Positions 35,248 to 44,953 are shown, counted from the stretch's first letter. The stretch is 64,000 nt of DNA from a virus (IMGVR_UViG_3300028887_000102:1-64000); one strand, 5' to 3'. Translations and numbers: made by a program. Notes: generated by a model from the sequence alone, not told the origin.

Positions 35248-37035
35248 ATGGATTCTTGTAGTTTAACTTTTTGCAAAAAAAAGAAAGGGCGTCCAAAGGG
35301 CATCACAACGACACGAAGCGGATGCAAGGACATAACACCTTATAGCGTACCTTTTAAAGATTCCTGCAACATATCGCAATTACCCCTAAAAGGCAAACAG
35401 AATTTGCCTATTCTCAAGAGACGCTTGCAAGGCAAGTTTAAGGGTCAATTCCGTAATATTCTTGGGCAACTTTGTATGGTGGTGGACTATGCCCGGTCGG
35501 TACATACACGTGTATCTTCCGATGGTGTAGCCCATTCTTTTTTTATTTCTTGTACTAACAAGACCTTGGCGGCTTGGTTCGGTATGGAACTGCAATCCGT
35601 CTGGGCGGCACAACTCATCAATCGCAGATTGTGGGATTTGATGGAATTGGGAGTGCTTATTGCCGCGGATAACGGAGTGTGGCACTCTCCATTTGAAGAC
35701 GAACCGAAAGCCCGGAGTTATTTCCTTGATGATGGGTTCGCCAAGAGCTTGATTTCCTTGGCTAAAAAGGAAGGTGTCTTGCCCGAATGCCGATGGGTTT
35801 TAACACCGGTCACGGAAGAACAAGGGCGAAAAGCCGTTGTGAAAGCCGAGAAGATGGCGAAGAAGTCAAAGACCTTTGCGGAGTTCTTAAACCGTCTTCG
35901 CAAGAATTGTGTGTCCGGCAAGAATGTGATGGTTTATCGCAGAACTTACGGCAGGGGTATGGGATTGAACACCAAGGAATTTTGGCATCTTGTGAACGGC
36001 TTGTACCGCGAAGCATCCCCTTGGTATAATGACCTTGAGAAAGACATCCGTACCCTTAATTCTTATGATGAGAACCAAGGCGAATGGGCTTATAGCGGAG
36101 ATATGAATGTCAAGGTCACGAATAGCAATTTCGTGTCCGGGATGTCGTTCCGTGTGAACACAAGGCTTTGTGGGATGAAAGCCCACAATGGTTCTAGGGG
36201 TAAGAAGAAAGGTTCGGATAGGGATAAGGAACTTGTTAAGGATTTGGGCAGGGATTACCTAACTTACGATTTCCATGCAAGTATCTTGAGCCTTACAAGA
36301 GCCGTGCATCGTGGCATCTGGACAAAGCCCACAACGGACATCTACGATGAATTGTATATGCAGATGAACGGCTGCCGTATTCCTAACGGATATGCCCGAA
36401 AGAAGTTCAAGAAAGAAATTCTTTCATCATATATGCCGTTGTCACTTGACCAAGCCGTGAACTATGCATATCGCAGAGAAGTGGATGCTCTTACGGAATC
36501 CTTGGCCGGCTGGGTTTACGGAGACAAGTTATTCGCACCCCATAGCATCAAGGGTAAGGGCAAGTTGATTCAAAAGGCTAAAAGCCGTTTTTGCGAAGAT
36601 GGCGAAAGACTCATTATGAGTTATTCCATCGCAAAGAACCTTGAGAATCTTATGGGCAAGGGCAAGGCTGATTTTAATGGGTCTTCAAGAGAGCGTCTTT
36701 CGGGAATCCACGATGCTATTGTGGAAACCGTGGGCGCTCCTTTTGGTTCGGTTATATTTGAGTTTGAGTCTTGCTTGGTCACAAGGCTTTGTCTTGAACT
36801 CCGCAAGGTTCTTGGTTGTAAGGTTCGTAATGTCTTTGATGCCGTGTATATCCCGAATACCGATAAGTGTGGAAACGAGATAGACTTGAAGACTCTTGTT
36901 GAAGATACCTTGATGCCGAAGATTTTTGCAGAGTTCCATAAGAAGTGGAAGAATGCAATTCAAAGAAGAATCGACCTAGCCACCGAACGACTTGAGAAGT
37001 GGCCGGTCATCCATAAGTACCGTATGGCGATGTAG
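35248..37035 (+). CDS. wHTH plus degenerate family-A-polymerase-like protein, candidate replication/origin protein
   Basis: KKKGRPKG AT-hook-like; wHTH-like middle; YDFHASIL (motif A-like), RKKFK (B-like), VFDAVY (C-like). Confidence 0.45.
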   Translation: MDSCSLTFCKKKKGRPKGITTTRSGCKDITPYSVPFKDSCNISQLPLKGKQNLPILKRRLQGKFKGQFRNILGQLCMVVDYARSVHTRVSSDGVAHSFFISCTNKTLAAWFGMELQSVWAAQLINRRLWDLMELGVLIAADNGVWHSPFEDEPKARSYFLDDGFAKSLISLAKKEGVLPECRWVLTPVTEEQGRKAVVKAEKMAKKSKTFAEFLNRLRKNCVSGKNVMVYRRTYGRGMGLNTKEFWHLVNGLYREASPWYNDLEKDIRTLNSYDENQGEWAYSGDMNVKVTNSNFVSGMSFRVNTRLCGMKAHNGSRGKKKGSDRDKELVKDLGRDYLTYDFHASILSLTRAVHRGIWTKPTTDIYDELYMQMNGCRIPNGYARKKFKKEILSSYMPLSLDQAVNYAYRREVDALTESLAGWVYGDKLFAPHSIKGKGKLIQKAKSRFCEDGERLIMSYSIAKNLENLMGKGKADFNGSSRERLSGIHDAIVETVGAPFGSVIFEFESCLVTRLCLELRKVLGCKVRNVFDAVYIPNTDKCGNEIDLKTLVEDTLMPKIFAEFHKKWKNAIQRRIDLATERLEKWPVIHKYRMAM

Positions 37036-37079
37036 TCCGTATATTGGATAGGTACAATAAATAAAGGAAACCAACTATT

Positions 37080-37445
37080 ATGGCACACAAGAAAGCACCT
37101 AAAGTGACTCCCGAATCTGCAAAGCTCAACTATGAAGCATTCATAACCGAAAAGGCACAAGAGTTTTCCCCGATGCTCCATGATGCATTTCCTACGGAAT
37201 CTTCATTGCTAATCGCCATCGACAACACGACACGATTTTTGCAGACTGCAAACGATACTATGCCGGGTAAGGTCACGGCAGAATACTTTATCTTGCACGG
37301 CCCATTGTCCAATTACCCGGACCAGACATTCGCATTACTCTTGCTTTTCGTAGCCACCGGTGTTTTCCGAAATACCGATGCCAATGACAAGGCGTTCAAA
37401 CTTTCGGATGCCGCCAAGTGGCTTTATTTCCCGAAGAAAGAATAG
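37080..37445 (+). CDS. Hypothetical protein
   Basis: AAAGGA RBS. Confidence 0.6.
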   Translation: MAHKKAPKVTPESAKLNYEAFITEKAQEFSPMLHDAFPTESSLLIAIDNTTRFLQTANDTMPGKVTAEYFILHGPLSNYPDQTFALLLLFVATGVFRNTDANDKAFKLSDAAKWLYFPKKE

Positions 37446-37479
37446 TTAAAAAAATATTTAAAATTTTTACAAAATTCTC

Positions 37480-37508
37480 TTGACATCTCTTTGATATTTA
37501 GTTATATT
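37480..37508 (+). promoter_or_regulatory. Early promoter copy 6
   Basis: UP-like element, TTGACA-17-TATATT. Confidence 0.85.
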
Positions 37509-37533
37509 GTATAACGACAATCAAGGAGATGTT

Positions 37534-37971
37534 ATGGCAAAAAAATTAAAAGATGCCTTGAAACAACGGGAATCCAAACTTGTTCTTAATGAAAGATGCC
37601 CCAGTTTTTATAAGTCAAATTCGGAATTGAAATCAAAGATTGATTCCCAAGTTAAGTCTGTATTGTCCAAGACCGAAATTCAAGCAAGGGCAGAAGCCGA
37701 AGCGGAACATATTAGCAAGTTCGTGGTTAATGAACTCAAGAAGTTTCTTAAAGATATGGGCGTGTCTCTTGTTCTGAATAAGAACTTTAATAAACTCTAT
37801 GTCTTGCCCAATATGTTTAGTATCGTTAGTGGCTCCGGTAAAGAACCCGATGGTACTGCATTCTTGAAACTTGATAAGCATTTTGAATCCATTGACATCT
37901 ATTCGGAGTATGACCCCGATTACGATAAGGTTGTTAAGTACCCACCGGTTGAAAGGGGGAATCGCGTATGA
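37534..37971 (+). CDS. Hypothetical early protein
   Basis: AAGGAG RBS. Confidence 0.6.
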   Translation: MAKKLKDALKQRESKLVLNERCPSFYKSNSELKSKIDSQVKSVLSKTEIQARAEAEAEHISKFVVNELKKFLKDMGVSLVLNKNFNKLYVLPNMFSIVSGSGKEPDGTAFLKLDKHFESIDIYSEYDPDYDKVVKYPPVERGNRV

Positions 37972-38198
37972 TGCCGTATATCTATATTACCACTTTCTCT
38001 AATAAGGAAATCTTCGGAATATTTGTTCAAATTTCTATTGATGACGATGGTAAGAGTTCCATCCAAGTTGGTTCTACCACTATACCCTGCAATGACATCA
38101 AGTCGTTCGAGACGGAAAATTATAAGAAAGAATGGATTGTTGAAAGGGAAGATGGGTATGACCAGTATAGTGCCATATTGAATGCCTTGAGGTGCTAA
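37968..38198 (+). CDS. Hypothetical protein
   Basis: Coupled ORF. Confidence 0.55.
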   Translation: MMPYIYITTFSNKEIFGIFVQISIDDDGKSSIQVGSTTIPCNDIKSFETENYKKEWIVEREDGYDQYSAILNALRC

Positions 38199-38668
38199 TG
38201 ATTAAACTTGAAGATTATAAGAAGATTTGTGCATCCAAGGGTCTTGTACTTACGGATGTATCGGGGGAATCCGATTGGTTCTATGGTTATGCTAAAGACC
38301 CCTTTAACGATAAACCCGTTGCTATCACATATTATCAAAAGTCACTAGAAGCAAAGTACGCTTCAATCTGCGTGTATATGCCTACTTGGTTATCAAGGTG
38401 GTCTCATTTTGACGATAGGCGATTTAATGATGATATAACCGAAGAAGACTTTGCTACCGCTTTGGATAATGCACTTACTACTCTTGATAAGATTAAGCAA
38501 GTTTTAGATGGTCAAACCATTACATTCAAGCAACTCCATGAATTGTATGTCCAGTATGAAGCATCATCTAGTGATACACCTATCTTTATGGAGACATCCG
38601 TAAGGTCTTTATTGCAGATTTTGAAAACGAATGCTGGTCGTTATTCATTAAACAAAAACAACCCATAA
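38192..38668 (+). CDS. Hypothetical protein
   Basis: Coupled ORF. Confidence 0.55.
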   Translation: MLMIKLEDYKKICASKGLVLTDVSGESDWFYGYAKDPFNDKPVAITYYQKSLEAKYASICVYMPTWLSRWSHFDDRRFNDDITEEDFATALDNALTTLDKIKQVLDGQTITFKQLHELYVQYEASSSDTPIFMETSVRSLLQILKTNAGRYSLNKNNP

Positions 38669-38688
38669 ACATAAAGGAAAAACAAACA

Positions 38689-39246
38689 ATGAAAAAAGCA
38701 ATCATTTATACTGGGGCAATCTTTGTCCTTATTGGTCTCACCGCGCTTGTCTGCGTCTTTGGTGTCCAGAGTTCGCAGAACTCCGCAATCGCAAAGGAAC
38801 AACTTGTGGAAAGTTCCTTGTCGGATTTGAACGCGGAATACAACCGCCGTTCGGGTCTTCTTGTGAACTTGGCAGAAGCCGTCAAGTCTTATGATGAACA
38901 CGAATCCGAAGTCATCGTGAAGTTGTCCGAAGCACGCACAACTGCGGATGGTGGCGATGTTAATGCATCCGCATACATAAAAGCGGTTGTGGAACGATAC
39001 CCACAACTCCGTTCGGTTGAGAATTATGATAGGTATATGACGGAGCTTTCGATGACGGAGAATCGCATATCTTCGCATCGTAAGTATTACAATACAACGG
39101 TTAGGGATTATACCCGATATGTCCGCAGTTTCCCGACACGAATTTTCCTTTCGTTTTTGGGTTATCAAGTTCAAGATTATTCATACCTTGAATTTAAAAA
39201 TGCCCCCGTTGATGCTCCCACTGGTCTCTTGAAAAAGGATAAGTAA
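38689..39246 (+). CDS. lemA: LemA family membrane protein
   Basis: N-terminal TM; RR.GLL.NL...VK.Y..HE; E.YPQL; E.RI...R..YN..V..Y....R.FP. Confidence 0.9.
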   Translation: MKKAIIYTGAIFVLIGLTALVCVFGVQSSQNSAIAKEQLVESSLSDLNAEYNRRSGLLVNLAEAVKSYDEHESEVIVKLSEARTTADGGDVNASAYIKAVVERYPQLRSVENYDRYMTELSMTENRISSHRKYYNTTVRDYTRYVRSFPTRIFLSFLGYQVQDYSYLEFKNAPVDAPTGLLKKDK

Positions 39247-39247
39247 T

Positions 39248-39574
39248 ATGCAAGTCTCTGGGGATAGACAATATTATTTCAAGTGTATCGACCGCTTGCT
39301 AGGTCTTGCAGAGTCTAGCAAGCTCCCGGTAAAGGGCTATGCATTTGTTGAAAAGGTTTCTTCCGATTCTAAAGAATCTCATTGCTTTGCTTATGTCCAA
39401 TTTCAGTTTGGTACGGAAACCGATACTGTTATGGCATTCAAGACTCAAGCCCAGAAATGTTTTCGCAATATGCATCTTACCATTGGAACGACCGGCAATG
39501 ATACGGAGCATAAGATGTATAGGTCGATTTTTATGGAATATATTCCCCAAAGACGAAACATTCGTAGGAGATAA
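39248..39574 (+). CDS. Hypothetical protein
   Basis: ORF between lemA and partner gene. Confidence 0.5.
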   Translation: MQVSGDRQYYFKCIDRLLGLAESSKLPVKGYAFVEKVSSDSKESHCFAYVQFQFGTETDTVMAFKTQAQKCFRNMHLTIGTTGNDTEHKMYRSIFMEYIPQRRNIRRR

Positions 39575-39576
39575 TT

Positions 39577-40347
39577 ATGTACCCATATCGTAGCACACCG
39601 GATTTTGAAGTCACAAAACGAGAAGTCTATGTGTCCTTTATTGGCTTGTGCATCGCTATCATCATCGGGTTTTGCATAGCCACGGCAATTCAAAACCACC
39701 AGGATGAATGCAATCGCAAATACCAGCAAGCCGTACAACTTGCGGATAGCACTCAATTCAATTATGCCTTTAAAACAGATGCGGGGCATACCTTGGCTTA
39801 TGGCACGGTATCTGCCGTTGGTTCGGTTTCCGATGGTAAGGTGGGTCCATATATGTCGATTCATCGTAGGCTAGAAGAATACACCAAGCATTATCGTACA
39901 GTTTGTTCTGGCGAGGGTAAGAATCGGCAATGCCATACCGAAAGTTATTGGACTTGGGATTATCGCAGTAGCAAGGATTGGTGTGTTAGTCATCTGCGAT
40001 TTCTTGGTAGGACATTTAGGTTTTCGGAGTTCGCATCGCTTCCGGGGGAGATGTATGTATCTACCGATAACTTTGCGTACCACAAGCGATATGTGTATTT
40101 TGCAAGACCCCTGCAATATACCGGCACTCTCTATGGCAATATCGTAGGACACGGATTGTATGACCCAGAGTTCAAGGATAATGTTGGCTTGGATTCCGCA
40201 GTAGATGCTTTCTCGTCAAAGTATGGTGTGGTTATATTCTGGGTTGTGTTTGTTATCGTGGTTGGTATTGTAATCATTGTATTTGTTGCCGCAGAAAATA
40301 GATGGCTCAATGGTAGCAGACACGATACATCTAGGGATTGGCTATGA
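39577..40347 (+). CDS. Two-TM membrane protein, LemA partner candidate
   Basis: N- and C-terminal hydrophobic helices around a Cys-containing loop domain. Confidence 0.65.
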   Translation: MYPYRSTPDFEVTKREVYVSFIGLCIAIIIGFCIATAIQNHQDECNRKYQQAVQLADSTQFNYAFKTDAGHTLAYGTVSAVGSVSDGKVGPYMSIHRRLEEYTKHYRTVCSGEGKNRQCHTESYWTWDYRSSKDWCVSHLRFLGRTFRFSEFASLPGEMYVSTDNFAYHKRYVYFARPLQYTGTLYGNIVGHGLYDPEFKDNVGLDSAVDAFSSKYGVVIFWVVFVIVVGIVIIVFVAAENRWLNGSRHDTSRDWL

Positions 40348-40546
40348 AATGGCTTTATGTCTTGTTGCATAAATCGCAATGTTATGATAGCATTCTAGGT
40401 ATCTTCGAGACTAGGGATGATGCCAAAGATGCTATCCCAATATGCATAAAGAAATTGCCGTGGAAACGAAAGTCCGATTATATCATTCATAGGAACGCAT
40501 TGGGTACATTGTCTAACTGGATTCTTAAACTAAAAGGAACAAAAAA

Positions 40547-40807
40547 ATGAATCACGGATATATCTATTTTATTACCGCTAGTGTCCGTCATCATATTTTC
40601 TTTGAAAAGAAATTTATTGGTGCTGGCGAAACTCCTAAACAAGCATACGAAGATTTGAAGCCGAAGATTCCGCAGGGCTTGGAAAAGAAAGCAACTTATA
40701 CGGAATACTTGCATCCGGCAGATGGTGCTTACAATCGTTCCCGGTTGCACAAGCATCGGACATTAAACTATATTGAGATTGAAGAACAATCAAAGAAGTG
40801 GGATTGA
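40547..40807 (+). CDS. Hypothetical protein
   Basis: AAAGGA RBS. Confidence 0.55.
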   Translation: MNHGYIYFITASVRHHIFFEKKFIGAGETPKQAYEDLKPKIPQGLEKKATYTEYLHPADGAYNRSRLHKHRTLNYIEIEEQSKKWD

Positions 40808-40810
40808 CCT

Positions 40811-41176
40811 ATGGAAAAGAGTTTGATGAATGACATTATGGCCGTTGCCGCCGAAACTTGCCATTGCAATGTAGAAGACCTTTCGGATGGCTTTCATTCG
40901 TTCAAGGATTTGTACAAGCAACGCCTTTATCTTTCGGCTGCACTTGTGAATGCTTATCCCGAAAAGTCTTGGAAGTCTTGGCTTGACGAGAATGGCGAAC
41001 CTTGGTTCAATGGCGATGGCTGGTTCTTGGTATGCATTGAAACCCCTGCCGGACCCTATTCATATCATTATGAAGAAAAGGACTGGGATTTGTTTAAGTG
41101 CAAGGAACTTGAACGAGCAAAGCCTTATGATGGGCATACATCCGAAGATGTACCAAGGCTTATGTCTTTGGCATAA
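40811..41176 (+). CDS. WDGH-like conserved phage protein
   Basis: HSF.DLY..R...SWKS...WF.V.I.TP.G..SYHY...WDLF...L..A..YDGHT..DV. Confidence 0.7.
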   Translation: MEKSLMNDIMAVAAETCHCNVEDLSDGFHSFKDLYKQRLYLSAALVNAYPEKSWKSWLDENGEPWFNGDGWFLVCIETPAGPYSYHYEEKDWDLFKCKELERAKPYDGHTSEDVPRLMSLA

Positions 41177-41200
41177 TCGGATAATTTACCGGTTTTAGAT

Positions 41201-41237
41201 GGCGATTTTGTAGAATTTCTGCAAAATTCGCCTTTTT
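41201..41237 (+). terminator. Intrinsic terminator
   Basis: GGCGATTTTG(T)AGAA/TTCTGCAAAATTCGCC imperfect stem plus T-tract. Confidence 0.7.
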
Positions 41238-41335
41238 GTTTACATAAATAGTGGTTTTATACGATAATACTTGAGAGTCGCGTTTGTTTTTTCTTTTGGA
41301 TATATTACATTTATGCTAAACAAAGGAGTTTCACA

Positions 41336-42565
41336 ATGATTATCGACCTCATCCTTGACCGCTATGATGGCGATGCCTATGACCCTAAAGAATTTTATGA
41401 TATGGTCATGGAATACGAAGAAGGCACGGATTATCCAATTTCTACCGCCTTGGATGGTGGCGAAGAAGAAGATATTCGCCGTGAACTTTGTGCCTACATT
41501 GATGACGGCAACTACAACCCGAAGATTAAGGATTTTATCAATTCCGTCAAGTGGCTTGATGGCGATGACGGAAAGGATTATAGCAAAGTGTTAAATATCC
41601 TTGGGGAATCCAAGAAGCGCTTTGAATGCTCTATGCAGAAAAGAGTGGAATCCTTTAAGAAGAATGAAGCGGCATTCTTGGATGGCTCTATGTCCAATGC
41701 GGAATTTATGAGCAAGATTGTGGATAATGCTCCGAATAGTCTTGTTTTTAACAAGAACAACGATTCTTCAAAGAATACATACACCATTTCTGCAAATCCC
41801 GATTTTGGTAAGAGTTCCAGACACACTCTTATTGGTCTTAATGCCGATGGTGACAAGTATGAAGTGTACACATCCTTGTATAACAATGATGCTATGACCA
41901 ATCCGAGAGCCGGCAAGAGTTTCGTATTTAAGGTCGGCTCTGATTGGAACACCTTTATTACTATGGTAAAGGAACTTTTCGGATTTGTGGGCGATTATAT
42001 CAAGCGTGGTTCTCAAAAGGAATCCAAGAAGTCCGAAAGCTCCGATGAGCAGATTGAACACGGCGATTCTTGCCACATCTTCATTGAAGACGAACCGAAT
42101 TTCCAAGTAAGTTTCCGTGACGAAAACGATAAGGAATACACTTTCTATGTGAATGCCGAAAATGTGGATTCCGCTATTGATAGTGCTTATCACGAATTTT
42201 CGTTGAACCACGGTCTTTCTATTAAGGGCGAAGTTTATCTTGAAGATGACATCCCGGCTGGCGAACGCAATAATTACATCGAAGTCAATACGAATTATGC
42301 CCCGAAAGTAAATATCGCGGCAGACCCTTACGATGGCTCCGGTATTCGTGTCACGCGAGTTCCCGATTATCTTTTGCCCGCATTTGTTAATGGCGATACA
42401 AGTGGTCTTGAAGACGAAGACCTTAATTCTTTGGAAGAACTTGAAAAGGAACTTGAAGCCGAGGGCATCAATCCATCTCTTACATTCCCGGTGTGCGGTC
42501 CAGATGGCGAATACTGGGATAATGATGAGTTTGGGGATGGCGTTCTTTGCTCTGCAAGAGTCTAA
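41336..42565 (+). CDS. Remote ESKK-linked polyprotein, 3-4 domains
   Basis: GESKKRFECSMQKRVESFKKNE and KESKKSESSDE linkers. Confidence 0.7.
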   Translation: MIIDLILDRYDGDAYDPKEFYDMVMEYEEGTDYPISTALDGGEEEDIRRELCAYIDDGNYNPKIKDFINSVKWLDGDDGKDYSKVLNILGESKKRFECSMQKRVESFKKNEAAFLDGSMSNAEFMSKIVDNAPNSLVFNKNNDSSKNTYTISANPDFGKSSRHTLIGLNADGDKYEVYTSLYNNDAMTNPRAGKSFVFKVGSDWNTFITMVKELFGFVGDYIKRGSQKESKKSESSDEQIEHGDSCHIFIEDEPNFQVSFRDENDKEYTFYVNAENVDSAIDSAYHEFSLNHGLSIKGEVYLEDDIPAGERNNYIEVNTNYAPKVNIAADPYDGSGIRVTRVPDYLLPAFVNGDTSGLEDEDLNSLEELEKELEAEGINPSLTFPVCGPDGEYWDNDEFGDGVLCSARV

Positions 42566-42580
42566 ATAGGAGACAACGAT

Positions 42581-42976
42581 ATGTCCGAACAAGAACTTAA
42601 AGATTACATCGTGAATAACGAAGATGCTTTTGGCTCTCTCGTTGAAACCTATGGCGAAGAATATTTGCAGGAAAACCAGCCCGATGACCAAGTGTTCCCG
42701 ATGGATGATGAATCCATCCGTATCGCTTGTGGCGATGATTGCCTTAATGCCATTACACGTGCTTTCTTCGGTGGAAGATATAATTTCCCGCAGGATTCGT
42801 TTAATCCCAATGACGAGTTCTTCCACTTGAACGGATATGCCAATCTTGTGTCGATTCAAGATGAATCGGACAAGAATGACTATGTTCGTGAAGCCATCAA
42901 CTCTAAAGAAGACTTTGCTTCTTTCTGCGTTGATAATGGCTACTTTACCGAAGAAGATGTTGAATCCGAAGAATAG
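42581..42976 (+). CDS. Acidic protein with FNPNDEFF.LNGYANL.S motif (ArdA-like/antirestriction candidate)
   Basis: Very acidic; recurrent phage motif; function is inference. Confidence 0.55.
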   Translation: MSEQELKDYIVNNEDAFGSLVETYGEEYLQENQPDDQVFPMDDESIRIACGDDCLNAITRAFFGGRYNFPQDSFNPNDEFFHLNGYANLVSIQDESDKNDYVREAINSKEDFASFCVDNGYFTEEDVESEE

Positions 42977-42995
42977 CGATTTTCCATTGCATAGT

Positions 42996-43030
42996 AAAAC
43001 CCCAACTACCTATGGTGGTTGGGGTCTTTT
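42996..43030. terminator. Bidirectional terminator
   Basis: AAAACCCCAACTACC/GGTGGTTGGGGTCTTTT between convergent genes. Confidence 0.8.
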
Positions 43031-43041
43031 ACTATTTGTGG

Positions 43042-43296
43042 CTAGTTCAACCAATCGGGCTTCGGGAATCTATCGGTGTAGGTAATTTCATCCCGGTCTT
43101 GAGTATCAATGTTGTGGGCATCATCCCAATATTTTAAAAGGTTTTCTTCTGCCGGCAGATAGCAGATGATGATGGCTTTCTTCATATCTCCGGTGTAGCC
43201 CGAAATCCAGTACGGCATCTGGATTGTCTTCAAGTCCACAAGGGGTCTTGGGTCTTCTGCGGAATTTGTATAGAAGCGATAGCGTTTGTATTTCAT
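43042..43296 (-). CDS. Small conserved-looking phage protein (D.RP...YW.SG...YWDDA...RFPKP.W)
   Basis: Motif pattern. Confidence 0.6.
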   Translation of the reverse strand: MKYKRYRFYTNSAEDPRPLVDLKTIQMPYWISGYTGDMKKAIIICYLPAEENLLKYWDDAHNIDTQDRDEITYTDRFPKPDWLN

Positions 43297-43724
43297 TTGT
43301 TTAATTCCTTTTTGTAGTGAGTTGCTATTTGTGTTAATCGTCTTTCTCTTTTATTGAGTCGCATTACTTTTGTCTGCATCTTCGTGTATGCTTTTAATGT
43401 CTCGCTTGGAACCGGATATGCTTCTCTATAAGAATCCATAAGCGATGGGTACTTTCTACGATAACTAGCACATTTTGAATCTAGTACCAACCAAGCTCGT
43501 TTAGTAATGTCTATTAAGTATAGGCATCTCTTGTACTTGTATCGTAAGAGAATCTTTTTGAGTTGTGCGAAAGCGGCATCCGCATCATTGCGAGTATAGT
43601 AATCGCATTCGTCAAGATGGCGAATATCTACATCCCCTGCAACCCTTTCGACTTGCTCACAAGACCAATAGATTCTTTCGGGTGTGTAGATTTCAAGTTT
43701 ATCGCAGAGCATTGGATTTTCCAT
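43293..43724 (-). CDS. Expanded paralog family member (YKYKRCL subtype)
   Basis: CDKLE..., Y.R.DADAA, RYKYKRCL. Confidence 0.65.
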   Translation of the reverse strand: MENPMLCDKLEIYTPERIYWSCEQVERVAGDVDIRHLDECDYYTRNDADAAFAQLKKILLRYKYKRCLYLIDITKRAWLVLDSKCASYRRKYPSLMDSYREAYPVPSETLKAYTKMQTKVMRLNKRERRLTQIATHYKKELNK

Positions 43725-44161
43725 TATTCGTAGTTCTTCGCTTTTTCCCTACACTTATGTTCAACGACACGCATCTTCTCTGCAAAGTCATAGCATTTCT
43801 TTGACATCTCCACATTGCCGTTGTGCAAGTGGGTCATAGATAGATTGTGATATTGATTAGACATATCCCTTGCACGGATTGCTCTTGTTATCCAGAGTGT
43901 GTGTTGCACTACATCTATCTTTTGTCTATAATGGAAAGCAATACCATACGCCATTTTTTCGGATTTATAATATCGCTCAAGTTGCGATACTAATGTGTGG
44001 TTGTCATCCACAAGTTCCTTGATGGCTTCATCCGCATCTTTCTTTGGATAGAACTCCCCGGTCACAACAACGATATTGTCATTGGATGGCTTATCGCTCT
44101 TGATTGATTCCGCTGGAACTTGGTATTGTGCCGTGATTGAATGTAATTCTTGGAATTTCAT
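43724..44161 (-). CDS. Expanded paralog family member (LW..RA subtype)
   Basis: YPKKDADEAIKEL, TLWITRAIRA, VEHKCREKAKNY. Confidence 0.7.
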   Translation of the reverse strand: MKFQELHSITAQYQVPAESIKSDKPSNDNIVVVTGEFYPKKDADEAIKELVDDNHTLVSQLERYYKSEKMAYGIAFHYRQKIDVVQHTLWITRAIRARDMSNQYHNLSMTHLHNGNVEMSKKCYDFAEKMRVVEHKCREKAKNYE

Positions 44162-44168
44162 AATGTAC

Positions 44169-44420
44169 CTACTTGTATGTTTCGGCTTTCTTATGGCAGA
44201 TGTCTTCTACCTTGTTGAACTTGTCTGCCCACTTGAAATTATCCTTGTATTCCAAGCGATGCATCCATACCCTAGACCAAGCATCCGCATTGCTTGCTCT
44301 AGTGAGAAACAAGGCGTGGTTCATAGTCTTAATTATTTCATCTACCTTTTCTGCCGGGTAGTAAAGTTTATCGCCATCGGGGGTGCTAATCGTGACCGGT
44401 TTCAAATCTTCAAAAATCAT
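44169..44420 (-). CDS. Expanded paralog family member
   Basis: YPAEKVDEII, ALFLTRASNA, KVEDICHKKAETY. Confidence 0.7.
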   Translation of the reverse strand: MIFEDLKPVTISTPDGDKLYYPAEKVDEIIKTMNHALFLTRASNADAWSRVWMHRLEYKDNFKWADKFNKVEDICHKKAETYK

Positions 44421-44569
44421 TTAGCCATCCTTTCGTAGCAATCTTTGCAGACCATAACAAGTTTGCCACGCTTTGTTTTAGTTATTATGGAGTTCTGGCG
44501 ATATGTAATGCTTTTGCACTTGTAGCATTTGATTTCGTTAGCCTTACGGCATCTTTCTTCAAATGTCAT
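44417..44569 (-). CDS. Small CxxC/CxxC zinc-finger protein, 50 aa
   Basis: Hand translation MTFEERCRKANEIKCYKC...VCKDCYERMAK; ATGA coupling. Confidence 0.6.
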   Translation of the reverse strand: MTFEERCRKANEIKCYKCKSITYRQNSIITKTKRGKLVMVCKDCYERMAK

Positions 44570-44577
44570 TATCTGTT

Positions 44578-44952
44578 TCATTTTTGTTCCTCCAATTTAT
44601 TCTCCCAATAGTTTTGTACCTTATCCCAGAACGCACAATGTTTTTCAATATATTCTTGTTTCCAAGTTCTATCCAAAGTATCGTAGTAGTTAAACCTCTG
44701 CCGGGCATATTCAATTCTCAAAAGACACAAAGCTCTATGGGCATCCGCTAATTTTGATTCTGCATAGTTCCTTTCGGAAAGGAACAGTTTTGCATGGTGC
44801 TCGTGTAGGAATGCTTGTGATTCGGCAGAATCCAGTTTGACAGTCAATTCCGAAATGGCTTCATCCACATCGCCCTTTCCATACATCTGCAATGTGATGG
44901 CAGCACCTTTTGGAACGATGGTTTCGGCTTTAAGTTTTTTGTACTTGTACAT
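44578..44952 (-). CDS. Expanded paralog family member
   Basis: YGKGDVDEAISEL, RALCLLR. Confidence 0.65.
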   Translation of the reverse strand: MYKYKKLKAETIVPKGAAITLQMYGKGDVDEAISELTVKLDSAESQAFLHEHHAKLFLSERNYAESKLADAHRALCLLRIEYARQRFNYYDTLDRTWKQEYIEKHCAFWDKVQNYWENKLEEQK

Positions 44953-44953
44953 A

